Shown here piece by piece: positions 1-12,790 of a stretch of DNA of 64,000 nucleotides. The notes under the pieces are model-generated. The model saw only the letters and a list, made by a program, of their open reading frames with translations, was not told the origin of the DNA and did no database searches. Numbering within the stretch: position 1 is the stretch's first letter; each line of letters begins with the position of its first letter. Source of the DNA: Octopus bimaculoides (Eukaryota); contig NC_068981.1 in the NCBI RefSeq assembly GCF_001194135.2, positions 53,832,025 through 53,896,024 of the forward strand, given 5' to 3'. Both the position numbers and the translations under genes were made by a program.

Positions 1-51
1 TTTTTTAAAAGGGAAAGACAATGTATTCCTAGATATCAAATAATAGTCATA

Positions 52-620
52 ATAATAATAAATGCCTTGATGCAGTACTAGGCAGTGGTTCTCTCATGAC
101 TTCTGATCTTAACTGATTTGAAGTGTTATCATATACATTGTTTTGACTCGGTATAAAAGATGGGCTACAACAAATATTCTGCTCAATACCACAGATTTGC
201 TTGTCAGTTGCTTGACCTTAACCAGTTGAGCATGTCTCTTAGCTGACAATCTGTGCATCTCTGATCATGGACTGAAGTAGTAGGGGAGTATCATAGCCAT
301 ATGTTGAGAGGAATTCTTTGGAGTTTGAATAATTCACCTCTGGAAACATGGGTGTTTCATTCAACATCCTTAAACAACCCTTATTCATGGATCATTTGAG
401 TGGGATAGGCTACTTGACCTGAAGAAAATACTAACTGGGCCCCACCTGCATGGCCATGCACTGTTTATCTTGATATGAGATTTCCATGTCGTGCACATAT
501 GGTTGTGATGTATGTGCCTCATGTACCCTTATCAAACAGGTAGTCATGATGGGTATACTGGGCTTCATATATTTGTACCCCAGTGTCAATTTGATGGCCT
601 GCACTACTCCTTCACTCAGT
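52..620 (-). mobile_element. Probable non-LTR retroelement 3' segment ending in a (TTA)n tail
   Basis: Complex, CpG-decayed sequence ending on the - strand in ...GGCATTTATTATTATT (aataataata at 51-60 on +). It resembles a high-copy octopus repeat from memory; the family is not identifiable from this window alone. Confidence 0.35.
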
Positions 621-631
621 AATAATAATAA

Positions 632-735
632 TCCTTTCTACTATAGGTACAATGGGAGAGGACTAGTCAATTGCATCGACCGCAGGGCTTGACTGGTAGT
701 TATTTTATCAACCCCAAAAGGATGAAAGGCGAAGT
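632..735 (-). mobile_element. tRNA-derived SINE family A, decayed 3' fragment
   Basis: Matches the CTTTCTACTATAGG...GGATGAAAGGC.AAGT.GAC segment of the intact copies at 59980-60145 and 63735-63950; CpGs converted to TG/CA. Confidence 0.75.
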
Positions 736-1525
736 TGACTTCAGCATAATAATAATAATGATGATGATAATAGAAAACAGGATAGTTACTTGATTAGCTC
801 TGCCCTGGAGCTAGCTAAATGCTAAACAACAGCATATGACTATTACATCTCATTTGATTAGCATTGATTTTTAACTTTGGAGTAAACTCACTGATTTAGA
901 GGGGAAGAAACAATTAATCAAATCTTTGCCATTTCCAGTATTTAACTGATACTCATTTTATTGACCTCAGGAGAGTGAAAGACAGACAAATTCAACAGGA
1001 TTCAAACTCAGTTGTAAATGAATACATCTAAATACAAGACATTGTGTCCTTTGTGTGACTGATTCTGCTATTCCACTAGTCTGCCCTTTGCATGACTGAT
1101 TCTACAATTCCACGGATGTCTGTACTTTTAGAGCTGACAGTTGACAATATTTGTCTTTTACTTATTTCAGTCGCTGGACTTCAGCTATGCTTGGGCACTG
1201 CTTTGCAGGATTTATTTTTAAAAAACCAAACACAGTACTTGTTTTTGTGTTATTTTTCTATCAATCTCTTGTTTAAAACTGCTAAGTTATGGGGACATAT
1301 ACAAACCAACACTGGTTCTCAAGTGGTGGTAGAGGGGTCAGATACATGCACACAGACATACATACATATATAAATATAAATCAATATGTAATTGTAAGAT
1401 CCAATGATCTAAGTGTAGGAAGTTTGTAAACTTCAAGCAGTCCATGGTAGGTATAAAAAACAACAATCAGGAAGAATAGTAATTAATTGTGAAGGGTTGT
1501 AGGCTTTTCCCATATCAAAGTTTGA

Positions 1526-1699
1526 TCATCATCCTCCTCATCATCATCGTTTAACGTCCGCTTTCCATGCTAGCATGGGTTGGACGATTTGACTGAGGAC
1601 TGGTGAAACCAGATGGCTACACCAGGCTCCAATCTGATTTGGCAGAGTTTCTACAGCTGGATGCCCTTCCTAACGCCAAACACTCTGAGAGTGTAGTGG
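1526..1699 (-). mobile_element. RTE-clade LINE 3' terminus with (GAT)n tail
   Basis: (CAT)n followed by CGTTTAACGTCCGCTTTCCATGCTAGCATGGG...CAGCTGGATGCCCTTCCTAACGCC; near-identical to copies at 2827 and 34205. Confidence 0.85.
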
Positions 1700-2041
1700 T
1701 TTGATAAGCTGAAAAAATATTTTTTAGAGCTTAAGGTTAGCAACTTGAGTTGCTGTGGATGCGAATAAAAATCCAAATTGTGGGAGTGGAGCAGGTAAAA
1801 TTTAGACTACATATGTTTTCTAGTTTTCTAGCTGGTAGGTCTTCTGCTATAATAATTACTCAAAGTGTATNNNNNNNNNNNNNNNNNNNNNNNNNNNNNN
1901 NNNNNNNNNNNNNNNNNNNNNNNNNNNNNNNNNNNNNNNNNNNNNNNNNNNNNNNNNNNNNNNNNNNNNNNNNNNNNNNNNNNNNNNNNNNNNNNNNNNN
2001 NNNNNNNNNNNNNATATATGCACATGCGTGCGCACACACAC

Positions 2042-2200
2042 AATGGGCTTCCACACAGTTTCTATCCTCCAAATTCATGTACAAGGCATTGATCAGTCCT
2101 CAGCCCAGGGCTATAGTAGAAGACATTTTCCTAAGGTGCCAGATGGTAGGACTGAACCTGAAACCATGTGGTTGCAAAGCAAGCTTTTTAATCACACAGC
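2042..2200 (-). mobile_element. tRNA-derived SINE family B (5' part)
   Basis: Reverse complement of the tRNA-like head plus the GGCACCTT.GG.AA.TGTCTTCTACTATAGCC core also seen at 15370 and 55810. Confidence 0.7.
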
Positions 2201-2826
2201 AATGTAAGCATATTGCAGTAATTCTGACAATACTTAGATATAAATGCTTTTCTGTGACTAATGATTATTTTTGAGTATATCAAATCTATACAGAGGTAAT
2301 TCTTATTCAAAACAGGTTTTGCCGTTTAGGTCCGTCCTGATCGAGCAGAACTAAAACTAAAGAATTCCAGCTATGACCATCCCATCTTTTATTTTTTATA
2401 AGCATACTATATGTAGGACTGTCTACATTATATAACATATCCATAATATCTTCCAAAATGATTTGGTATGATTTTAGTGAGATTTGGCTGCTATTTTTAG
2501 CAGGTCAAGCAACTGTGTAGAGGCTCTCCATTTGTTCTTGTGGAAGGTGATATTTCTGGTTTTCCTCTAAAACAACTCAGAAAGAGAATTTAAAATATAT
2601 ACACATGTATTCATGTCTCCATCAATTTTGATGTACCCATTGTGCATAACCAAACTGAATAATAGGTGAGTTACTGTTAACAAAATTAATGCATGAAGCA
2701 TTAAAAATTAACATGCACACATGTATGTGCGTGTTTTTTTTTGTGTGTATATATATATTTATGCCATGATGTATCTAAGGTGTAGGTACAAGAGGTGGTC
2801 AGACTCTGCATAAGGAGTAGACAACC

Positions 2827-3443
2827 ACATCATCATCATCATCATCATTGTCGTTTAACATCCGCTTTCCATGCTAGCATGGGTTGGACGATTTGACTGA
2901 GGACTGGTGAAACCAGATGGCAACACCAGGCTCCAATCTGATTTGGCAGAGTTTCTACAGCTGGATGCCCTTCCTAATGCCAACCACTCAGAGAGTGTAG
3001 TGGGTGCTTTTACATGCCATCGGCACGAAGGCCAGTCAGGCGGTACTGGCAACGGCCACGCTCAAAATAGTGTATTTTATATGCCACCTGCACAAGAGCC
3101 AGTCCAGGGCACTGGCAACAATCTCACTCAAAAGTCCTAACACATGCCGCGGGCACAAGTGCCAGAAAGGCGATGCTGGGCACAGGTGCCATCACAATTT
3201 CGCTTTCGCTCGCCCCAATAAGTCTTCACAAGCTGAGTTTTGTGTCCAATGAAGGAGACAATGTTGGCATGGGTGCCAGTCGTCGAATTTAACTCGATTT
3301 CGATTTCACTTGCCTCAATAGGTCTTCGCAAGTGGAGTTTAGTGTCCAATGAAGGAAGGAAGGTACGCATAAGTGGACTGGCAGAGGCCTTAGATTTAGG
3401 TCTCACTTGGCTTGCCGGGTCTTCTCACGCGCAGCATATTTCC
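2827..3443 (-). mobile_element. RTE-clade LINE 3' UTR fragment
   Basis: (CAT)n tail, GGATGCCCTTCCTAA motif, and internal ~60-nt repeats shared with the other RTE copies in the window. Confidence 0.85.
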
Positions 3444-3787
3444 AATATATATATATATATATATATATAAAGCAGAGTTGTTAGTGCACGAGATAGAATG
3501 TATTGGTGTATTTGTTCTAATCCTCAACTTTCTTAGTTCAAATCTCACTGATGCCAGCTTTGCTTTTCAGCCTTTTGTGGCTGACAAAAAAAGCACCAGT
3601 GTATGCTAGTGCATTTCCCTCTCTCTCTCCCCTCCCTATATCACTTATTATATGTTCTGGTGTGTCATGGGTGGAACAGTCAAGAGTGTCTGTGTCTGGT
3701 CATGGTTACCGGGACACCTCGAACCAGTTGTGAAAACATGGTACATGCTGATATCAAGTAGTCCTTGATTACATATATATATGTATG

Positions 3788-4183
3788 TATTTGAATAAAA
3801 GAGGGGTAAAAATACCGCTTGCCAAAGTTGAAAGCAAAAGCTTCAAAAACCACCAATTCTACGATAAATACACACGATAAATACACGCATAGAGTGGGAC
3901 GTTTAAATTTCGAAACGCACATGAGTTGACGAAGTGAATATTTGGGAAATAGATGTTGCTATCTCCAACTGAAGATTGCAAAGTATGTTTTCTCATGCAC
4001 AGCATAAAATCAGTTGATATTGGGGTATGTAAACTATCTTCAAATTCCATCCTGAAGGTAGGCCTATATTTTAAAGTGTTCATTGCGTTGCTTGTGTGTG
4101 TATTTATCGTAGAATTGGTGGTTTTTGAAGCTTTCACTTTCATCTTTGGCAAGCGATATTTTTACCCTTCTTTTATTCAAATA
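3788..4183. mobile_element. Fold-back/MITE-like element with ~87-bp terminal inverted repeats
   Basis: 3788-3875 (TATTTGAATAAAAGAGGGGTAAAAATACCGCTTGCCAAAG...) is the near-perfect reverse complement of 4097-4183; both ends are TA; ~220-bp interior. Confidence 0.75.
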
Positions 4184-4269
4184 TTTAATATTATGCCTAT
4201 TAAAGTAGAAGTCTTGCTAACCGCCTCATTATTGCTGTTTCTAACAGCAATAATGCTTTCATATAGTTA

Positions 4270-4304
<35 letters not shown>

Positions 4305-4710
4305 NNNNNNNNNNNNNNNNNNNNNNNNNNNNNNNNNNNNNNNNNNNNNNNNNNNNNNNNNNNNNNNNNNNNNNNNNNNNNNNNNNNNNNNNNNNNNNNN
4401 NNNNNNNNNNNNNNNNNNNNNNNNNNNNNNNNNNNNNNNNNNNNNNNNNNNNNNNNNNNNNNNNNNNNNGAAAAAGAGAAAAACAAATATATGATATGAT
4501 ATTTGAAGTTAGACAAGTAAAACACTTGATGGAAAAAGCATATTAATAGGAAACGAAATACAAGTGAAAGAATTTGTACAATGGAAGTAACATTTATACT
4601 CTTTATTATGGAAAAGTTAAAACAATAAGAGAGGTTAGAAAAGTAGAAACAATACCAAATTTATAACACCTATTTACATTGTAGTCTGGGGGTAGGATAA
4701 TGACTGTAAA

Positions 4711-5516
4711 TCATCATCATCATTTAATGTCTGTTTTCCATGCTGGCATGGGTTGGACAGTTTGACTGGGGACTGGCTAGCCAGGAGGCCACACCAAGCT
4801 CCAATCAGATCTGGCTGGGCTTCTACAGCTGGATGCCCTTCCTAATGCCAACCATTCCGAGAGTGTAGTGGATGCTTTTCATGTGCCACCAGCACAGGAG
4901 CCAGTCCGGCGGCACTGGCGACAACCCACGCATGAATGGTGCTTATTGCATGCCACCACCATGGGAGCCAGTCGGGTGGCACTGACATCAGTCACAACTA
5001 CAATTTCCATTTGATTTTGATTTTACTTGACTCAATAGGTCTCCTCAAGCACGGCATGTTGCCCGTTACTTTCTCAATGGGTTGGTTATGCGACACTGGT
5101 GTAGGCTACGGCTGTGATCTCACTTTACTTGCTGGGTCTTCTCAATCACAGCATATTTCCAGAGGTCTCAGTCTTTCTTCATTGCCTCTGTGAGGCCCAT
5201 ATTTGAAGGTCATGCTTCACCACCTCATTCCATGTCTTCCTGGGTTTCCCTCTTCCATGGGTTCCTTCCACTTTCAGGGAGTGACACTTCTTCACACAGC
5301 TCTCCTCATCCATATGCAGCACATGACCATACTAGCACAGTCGTCTCTCTTGCACACCACATCTGATGCTTCTTATGTCCAACATTTCTCTCAGAGCGCT
5401 TACACTCTGTCGTGTGTGAACACTGACATTATACATCCAACAGATCATACTAGCTTCATTTCTTTCAAGCCTACGCATGTCTTCAGCAGTCACAGCCCAT
5501 GTTTCACTGCTGTGTA
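4711..5516 (-). mobile_element. RTE-clade LINE 3' end including the ORF C-terminus
   Basis: - strand translates ETWAVTAEDMRRLERNEASMICWMYNVSVHTRQSVSALREMLDIRSIRCGVQERRL..YGHV..GRGKPRKTW, the typical RTE post-RT region, followed by the 3' UTR and (GAT)n tail. Confidence 0.9.
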
Positions 5517-7454
5517 AATAAAGGAATAAATTCAAGAATACTATTTAACTACAGTTTTTTATTTTGATTTTTCAGAAATAGTACTTAACTATGTTTAAAA
5601 AGCATTGCTTGTATAATTAAGAATGAATTAGAGGATAGTATGAGAAAAGCTTTGAAGAAGTAAGAATTTAGATGAGAGAGTGAGAGAGAGGGAGAGAAAG
5701 AAAGTGATACAAAAGTTTTAGCTGTTCATCCCATCTTTTACATGACTAAATGTTCTAAACTTCCCATCTCTCTTTCACTTTCTTACTCTCTCTACAGCCT
5801 AACTTGTTTTTATAATCTCTCTCTCTCTTTCTCATACACTTTCCAAAAACCTTTCCTGCTACTCTTCTGACTTATTAATGACATAACCAATATCTTTCCT
5901 TTTAATTTGATATCATTTCTGAATAAATGAAAGTTGATAAAGTATTCATGAATTTAGTCAATGATATCCTTTATTTGACACTCACACGTTAATTTTGATT
6001 CAGACCTTAAAACTAACTGCCTGTTCCTCTGTTTCTCAAAATGTCATCAGCAGTTAGAACGATCCTAATCAATGATGATACTGTGATTACACAAGGAAAT
6101 AGATAGATAGCTGTAGTAGGTGCATTAAAATTCATAAATATAAATTCTATGTTTAAACTATATTAAGTCTTTCATTGAAGTGTGGTCTTCTTCAGCTTTG
6201 TGTCTTTTACCTCAGGTTAGCATTACAGGATATTTTCATTGTATTTTATATTTCACACTACTTGTGTACTTTATTTGTAACCATCCTTATATATATATAT
6301 ATATTAAAAGATTGCTACATTAGTTGCCATGATACATTGAAGAGTACTTCAGCTCTAAATATGTTGTACCCTAAGATCAAAATTTAACTCTCATGTTATA
6401 CTTGCCATTGTGATGTATGTATATATTTGTGTTCATGCATGTGTCAAGGAAATTTTCCAACTGATTATAGAAAATGCTAGAATATGGCTACCTTATTTCC
6501 ATAACTGTTAATTTAGTGAATTTTCTCCTGTGAATTTATGTAGCCTTGGCAGGACATGAGTAATATTTTGTAACTATAGTATTTCAGCTCACATAGTAGT
6601 AGACATATATTAACATATTTAGGCAACGAATATTAGTAAAACTAAGCCATAGTGATACTGTGGAGTAGAGTATCAGTGATCATGCTATAGACAAAAGATT
6701 TTAATACTATTAACTATAAACGAGATAATCAATAAATGTTTTTATTCAACTGTGTGTGAGTTTTGGATTGTATTTATAGACCAACTTTTCAATATGGTTA
6801 AAAATTAGATTCACACAATCACACAAACATATGTATGTTTTTATTTCACACATCAGAGAAAAAGTACTCAATTCTTAGTGTAGAGTATAGATATTTCTCG
6901 TAAGCACACTCATTCAGTTTGGAAATTCTGAATCAGTTTGCAAGCTGAAAAATCAAGACTTAATTTTTTTGTGGCTTGTGAAACTTAGAGTATAGGGGAG
7001 CTCTGACTGCCTGTAAACTATAGGCTCTGCTTTCAGTATTGAGTACTCTTTTATCCATTCATATTAACTCTAAATTCACAATACATATTGAAATATAACA
7101 TTTGAAAGTGGAGTTAATTCAGTTGCTTGACTCCCCTCTCATGCACACACACACACACACACACCATCATCATCATTTTCACATCCACTTTTCCCTGCTT
7201 GCATGAGTCAAGTGGAATTTGTTAAGGCAGACTTTCAACAGCTGGATTCTAACTCTCACCTGTTTCCAACAAAGAGATATTTCCCCTTGGCCTGACATGT
7301 TTTTATGATGGATTAGAAATGGTCACACCACTTCTATGATAACAATCATTTACAACTATTGTGCACTGTCAAGACACAAATAGGCATGGATATGTACGTA
7401 CGTACATACATACATACATACATACACACTCACAGATACACACACACAGATGGA

Positions 7455-7610
7455 CCTACATACATGATGATCTTTCAGTTTCCATCTACCAAATCCACTC
7501 TCGAGGCTTTGGTTGGCCCAGAGCTATAGTTGAAGACACCCAAGATGCCACACAATAAGACTGAACCCAGAAGCATGTGGTTGAGAAGTAAACTTCTTAA
7601 CAACACAGCT
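7455..7610 (-). mobile_element. tRNA-derived SINE family B (5' part)
   Basis: TTTCAGTTTCCATCTACCAAATCCACTC...GGCTTTGGTTGGCCC...GCTATAGT.GAAGACAC = reverse complement of the family B core. Confidence 0.75.
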
Positions 7611-7655
7611 ACACACACGCACGTGTGTACAAATGTGTGTGTGTATATATATATG

Positions 7656-7700
<45 letters not shown>

Positions 7701-8559
7701 NNNNNNNNNNNNNNNNNNNNNNNNNNNNNNNNNNNNNNNNNNNNNNNNNNNNNNNNNNNNNNNNNNNNNNNNNNNNNNNNNNNNNNNNNNNNNNNNNNNN
7801 NNNNNNNNNNNNNNNNNNNNNNNNNNNNNNNNNNNNNNNNNNNNNNNNNNNNNNNNNNNNNNNNNNNNNNNNNNNNNNNNNNNNNNNNNNNNNNNNNNNN
7901 NNNNNNNNNNNNNNNNNNNNNNNNNNNNNNNNNNNNNNNNNNNNNNNNNNNNNNNNNNNNNNNNNNNNNNNNNNNNNNNNNNNNNNNNNNNNNNNNNNNN
8001 NNNNNNNNNNNNNNNNNNNNNNNNNNNNNNNNNNNNNNNNNNNNNNNNNNNNNNNNNNNNNNNNNNNNNNNNNNNNNNNNNNNNNNNNNNNNNNNNNNNN
8101 NNNNNNNNNNNNNNNNNNNNNNNNNNNNNNNNNNNNNNNNNNNNNNNNNNNNNNNNNNNNNNNNNNNNNNNNNNNNNNNNNNNNNNNNNNNNNNNNNNNN
8201 NNNNNNNNNNNNNNNNNNNNNNNNNNNNNNNNNNNNNNNNNNNNNNNNNNNNNNNNNNNNNNNNNNNNNNNNNNNNNNNNNNNNNNNNNNNNNNNNNNNN
8301 NNNNNNNNNNNNNNNNNNNNNNNNNNNNNNNNNNNNNNNNNNNNNNNNNNNNNNNNNNNNNNNNNNNNNNNNNNNNNNNNNNNNNNNNNNNNNNNNNNNN
8401 NNNNNNNNNNNNNNNNNNNNNNNNNNNNNNNNNNNNNNNNNNNNNNNNNNNNNNNNNNNNNNNNNNNNNNNNNNNNNNNNNNNNNNNNNNNNNNNNNNNN
8501 NNNNNNNNNNNNNNNNNNNNNNNNNNNNNNNNNNNNNNNNNNNNNNNNNNNNNNNNNNN
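7701..8559. other. Assembly gap (others: 1871-2013, 4305-4469, 11825-12385, 13004-13162, 19040-19049, 41007-41469, 59271-59686)
   Basis: Runs of N, mostly flanked by (TA)n microsatellites. Confidence 0.99.
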
Positions 8560-9468
8560 ATATATATATATATAAATGCCTTTCGTTTAACAAATGAGGG
8601 AAAGAATTCATAATACTTGCTGTATAATATATTTATTTTTATTTGTTTGAAACCTCAGATTCACTCCATTGTTACACGATGAGATCTTTCAGACAACAAC
8701 AAGATAGTTGCTTGGAAGATCACATTGACAGAAATTCTGAGTAGCAAGAGATAGAGTCACCAGCTTAGAACAAAGATGTATGCTTGTATATATGTGTTGT
8801 ATGTGTGTGAGGGAGCATGTGCATGCATATATATGTTTGTGTATGTCATTGTCATCATAATTATGCATTGATGTGTGTGTACCTGAGCATATGCATGCAT
8901 ATATATGTGTGTATATGTATATATATCATTGTCATCATAAATATGCATTGATGTGTATGTGTGTGTGTGCACATATGCTTGGAAATATGTTTTACTTTAT
9001 TAGTATAGAATTTATTGAAACCAAGGCTGTTTATCTATCCTCTATCTTCTGCTTTTAATTAGCCTTTGATCTGCCATGCATTTCAATAACGATATCATTT
9101 ATAGTAATAATTATCCTAACAATAGCATAATTTCCTGCATATGTTAACCGTCTGTTTGTTTTGTATAATTCACTGAACATGACTGTATATTTCATAGCTT
9201 ATTAATTATCTTTTGCCTAACTAATTAAGAGACACAACTTAATGTTCTCTCTAAAAGAGGAACAACTTTTGTCTTGCTTCACAGTTCTGTCTTCATCTGT
9301 ATTTTTTTTTTCTTTTTTCTTTGTTTCCATTTGTTTGATGTCTTCTGCTAATATTAAAATGATATACAACAACGCTATGCAGAAGCCATTCTATCATCTG
9401 TTGGGTTTTTTTGTTTTAGAAATGTGCCAACAGACACAAAGTATCTGTGTATATATACATATATGCAC

Positions 9469-9504
<36 letters not shown>

Positions 9505-11004
9505 GAATGCATAATGCACAAAAACAAATACTATAGATAAAAAGCTTGAGAATGGGCTGAGTGAATGGGCCTGTTCTTCATGCACCAGTAGACCAGAGTA
9601 CACAGCTAGGATAGGGTTCTTGCTCTTGTCAGCAAGGTTAATCTGAGATCAGTGAGATTTCACCACTGGCCCTTGGTAGCTGTCTCCATAATGGAACATT
9701 TCAATTGCATTCTGTTGTTTTTCATGCCTGTTTGCATATACTCAGTTCCCACCAATTTTGTAATTGATTCTTATAATGGCCCTTCATCTGCCATCCTTGT
9801 GGAAAATAAAAGTAATAATCATTTTTGTTTTTGTTTACTGTGAACAATCATGTTTTACAGTACTTAAAAGATATTTTCTTTGAGGGTTTACTTAATGAAA
9901 AAAATATTTTTTCTTCTTTTTGTCAACAAAGGGCTTCAGAATATTTAAATATCCATTGCATTACCTAAGGATGGGAAAGAAATTCTTTAGGCATGAGACA
10001 TTTTTATTGTTAGATATATTTTCCTAATCTTTCCATTTTGCTTTGATTTTTAACAGTTCAATATGGCCACCATAGGGGTGGCAGGAAAAAGTGTTAGTCA
10101 AAAGTAACAGCAAAAATATACCCCAAATTTTTGAAAACAGGTTTTGGAAAAAAAGCAGGTAACTTAAAAGAAACAATGACAATTAAACAGATAATTGTAA
10201 ATATAGATGGGTACAATTTGACAAGTACAAAAAAAGAAACCAAACTGCAAATTTATATGAAATAACAAAAAACACCAACAATTTATGACAGCAATTCATC
10301 TTTTGCCAACACTGTAAGTAAATCAGAAAGACTAGACATCAGTGAACTCCAGGCAAAGGAAAAACATGGAAGAGGTATGTGACAAAAGATAATGCCTCCT
10401 AACCTGAAGAATTTAGCCAAGAAACGGCGAGGAGAAAAATAACATATCTTTGTTTTGGTGGGGAGGGAAGGGATTGGCAGTATGCCCTTTCAAAAAAGGA
10501 ATTGGAGGAAGTCTTATCTAGTGCATATGCCATTAATGTACCTAATCGTTAAGATGAAGAATAAGGTGAAGAAACCAGCGGAGTTGATGCACCATATACA
10601 TGGCCACAGGTTGGTGTCAAAGTACTTGGGGTCAAGAAACACAAGAGTGATGGCTAGAGTTATTGATATAGATGTCAATCCTTGGCTTGTGATCTTTGCT
10701 GCGCAGTACAGGCAGGTGTTTACAGTAAAGGGTAATAACTCCAGGTTTCACTGCTTAAATTTATGGAAACAAACCCCAAGAAACTGCATATCTCAGGAAT
10801 CCGTGACCTGATGTATGCAAAACTTGTTTTGTTTGTATTCACATATCAGGGGTACCTTATTTTCAGAGTATTTTCCCATTATGCGCTGGTTCAGCTGTAT
10901 TGAATTACAGACAAGCATACAAGCAAGCAGTCACAGACTTTTAGCATTATATAGATTTTTGTTTCCTTATATTAAAATATATGTATACATAGGCAGGTTT
11001 GGAT

Positions 11005-11122
11005 GTATAGTTCGCATGTTTGTTTCCAGACCACATGGTTTCAGATTCAGCTCCACTGCATGGTACTTTGGGCAAGTATCTTCTATAAGTGTCTACTATA
11101 GCCCCAGGTCAACCAAAGCCTA
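11005..11122 (+). mobile_element. tRNA-derived SINE family B fragment
   Basis: CCACATGGTTTCAGATTCAG...TTGGGCAAGTATCTTCTA...CTATAGCCCCAGGTCAACCAAAGCC. Confidence 0.7.
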
Positions 11123-11322
11123 GAGATATAGCTTAAATTCTGCATTATTATATTTACTACATGCAGACATGTAAGTAATTTATTTATTATTAAATATAAT
11201 AACATAAATTATTTACATGTTTTTAAGTTACAAAATAATTTGTCATGATATTACAGTTTTCTTATTGTTAAGTAAAACTTCATCAAATTGTTTCTCTGTC
11301 ATTTATGACTTTATACACTTCT

Positions 11323-12656
11323 TGTTCTGCACGGTGAGGACCAAAGACTTGAGGTATTTCGTGCTGCAAGACAGTGTGTGAGAGAGAATCATGATGTTGT
11401 AGGAGAGAAATGTGTCTGCATGGATGCTGGCTCACTTGCACTAAACGAGGCTGCAAAGAGAGAGGCTTGGAGACGCCACTATGAAAGGCTGCTTAATAAA
11501 GAGAATGAATGGGAGGAAGAGAGTCTGCCGCATGTCGACCCAACAGAAGGACCAGCTATCCGAGTTGACAGTACCATGGTAGATAAAGCAATTAAGAGTA
11601 TGAAGACAGGGAAAGCTCCTGGCCCATCAGGAATCACTGCAGAGATGCTCAAAATATCTGGCAGTGTCGGCTATAGCCTAGTCACCCATATAGTTAACCA
11701 GGTGATACACGAAGGAGTCATACCCAATGACTGGTGTAGCAGCACCATAGTCAATTGCTACAAAGGTAAAGGTGATGCTTTAGATACAAATAATTACAGA
11801 GGTATCAAGTTGTTAGATCAGGTANNNNNNNNNNNNNNNNNNNNNNNNNNNNNNNNNNNNNNNNNNNNNNNNNNNNNNNNNNNNNNNNNNNNNNNNNNNN
11901 NNNNNNNNNNNNNNNNNNNNNNNNNNNNNNNNNNNNNNNNNNNNNNNNNNNNNNNNNNNNNNNNNNNNNNNNNNNNNNNNNNNNNNNNNNNNNNNNNNNN
12001 NNNNNNNNNNNNNNNNNNNNNNNNNNNNNNNNNNNNNNNNNNNNNNNNNNNNNNNNNNNNNNNNNNNNNNNNNNNNNNNNNNNNNNNNNNNNNNNNNNNN
12101 NNNNNNNNNNNNNNNNNNNNNNNNNNNNNNNNNNNNNNNNNNNNNNNNNNNNNNNNNNNNNNNNNNNNNNNNNNNNNNNNNNNNNNNNNNNNNNNNNNNN
12201 NNNNNNNNNNNNNNNNNNNNNNNNNNNNNNNNNNNNNNNNNNNNNNNNNNNNNNNNNNNNNNNNNNNNNNNNNNNNNNNNNNNNNNNNNNNNNNNNNNNN
12301 NNNNNNNNNNNNNNNNNNNNNNNNNNNNNNNNNNNNNNNNNNNNNNNNNNNNNNNNNNNNNNNNNNNNNNNNNNNNNNNNNNNNNGGCAATAGCACAGGA
12401 ATTCAAGACGGGATGCCCCTGGAAGCTCCTCTATGCTGATGACCTTGCCCTAATTGCTGAGTCACTATCAGAACTAGAGGAGAAGTTTCAGGTGTGGAAG
12501 CAAGGACTAGAATTGAAGGGCCTTAGAGTCAACCTAGCTAAAACCAAAGTCCTAATAAGTAGGAAGGTAGACAAAACACAAACCCCTTCAGGTAGATGGC
12601 CCTGCTCGATCTGAAGAAAAGGCGTAGGTAGAAACTCTATAAGATGTACCCAGTGT
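11323..12656 (+). pseudogene. RTE-clade LINE reverse transcriptase fragment (both ends truncated, spans an N-gap)
   Basis: Pre-gap: AWRRHYERLLN...KAPGPSGITAEMLK...PNDWCSSTIVNCYKGKGDALDTNNYRGIKLLDQV. Post-gap: EFKTGCPWKLLYADDLALIAES...GLRVNLAKTKV with YADD at 12432-12443. In-frame TGA at ~12612. Confidence 0.93.
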
Positions 12657-12790
12657 TTGTTTACTGGAAACATTTGGAATATGTAAATAAAGCTCCTATT
12701 CCATTATGCTGTCCACTGTCTAATGATGCTGACTAGTGAATCAGTTTTTCAGGGTTGCATCAAATACCAATATAATGTTGGATAAATATA

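Noticed and set aside
6013-6057. - strand CTGATGA...GAAA enclosed by a perfect CTAACTG/CAGTTAG stem
   Set aside because: No NUH triplet before the 3' strand and no credible stem II/III; treated as a simple 8-bp hairpin.
9745-9796. - strand acceptor with an open frame GWQMKGHYKNQLQNWWEL, phase-compatible with the 21300 donor
   Set aside because: Donor is weak, there is no homology, and such matches are expected by chance.
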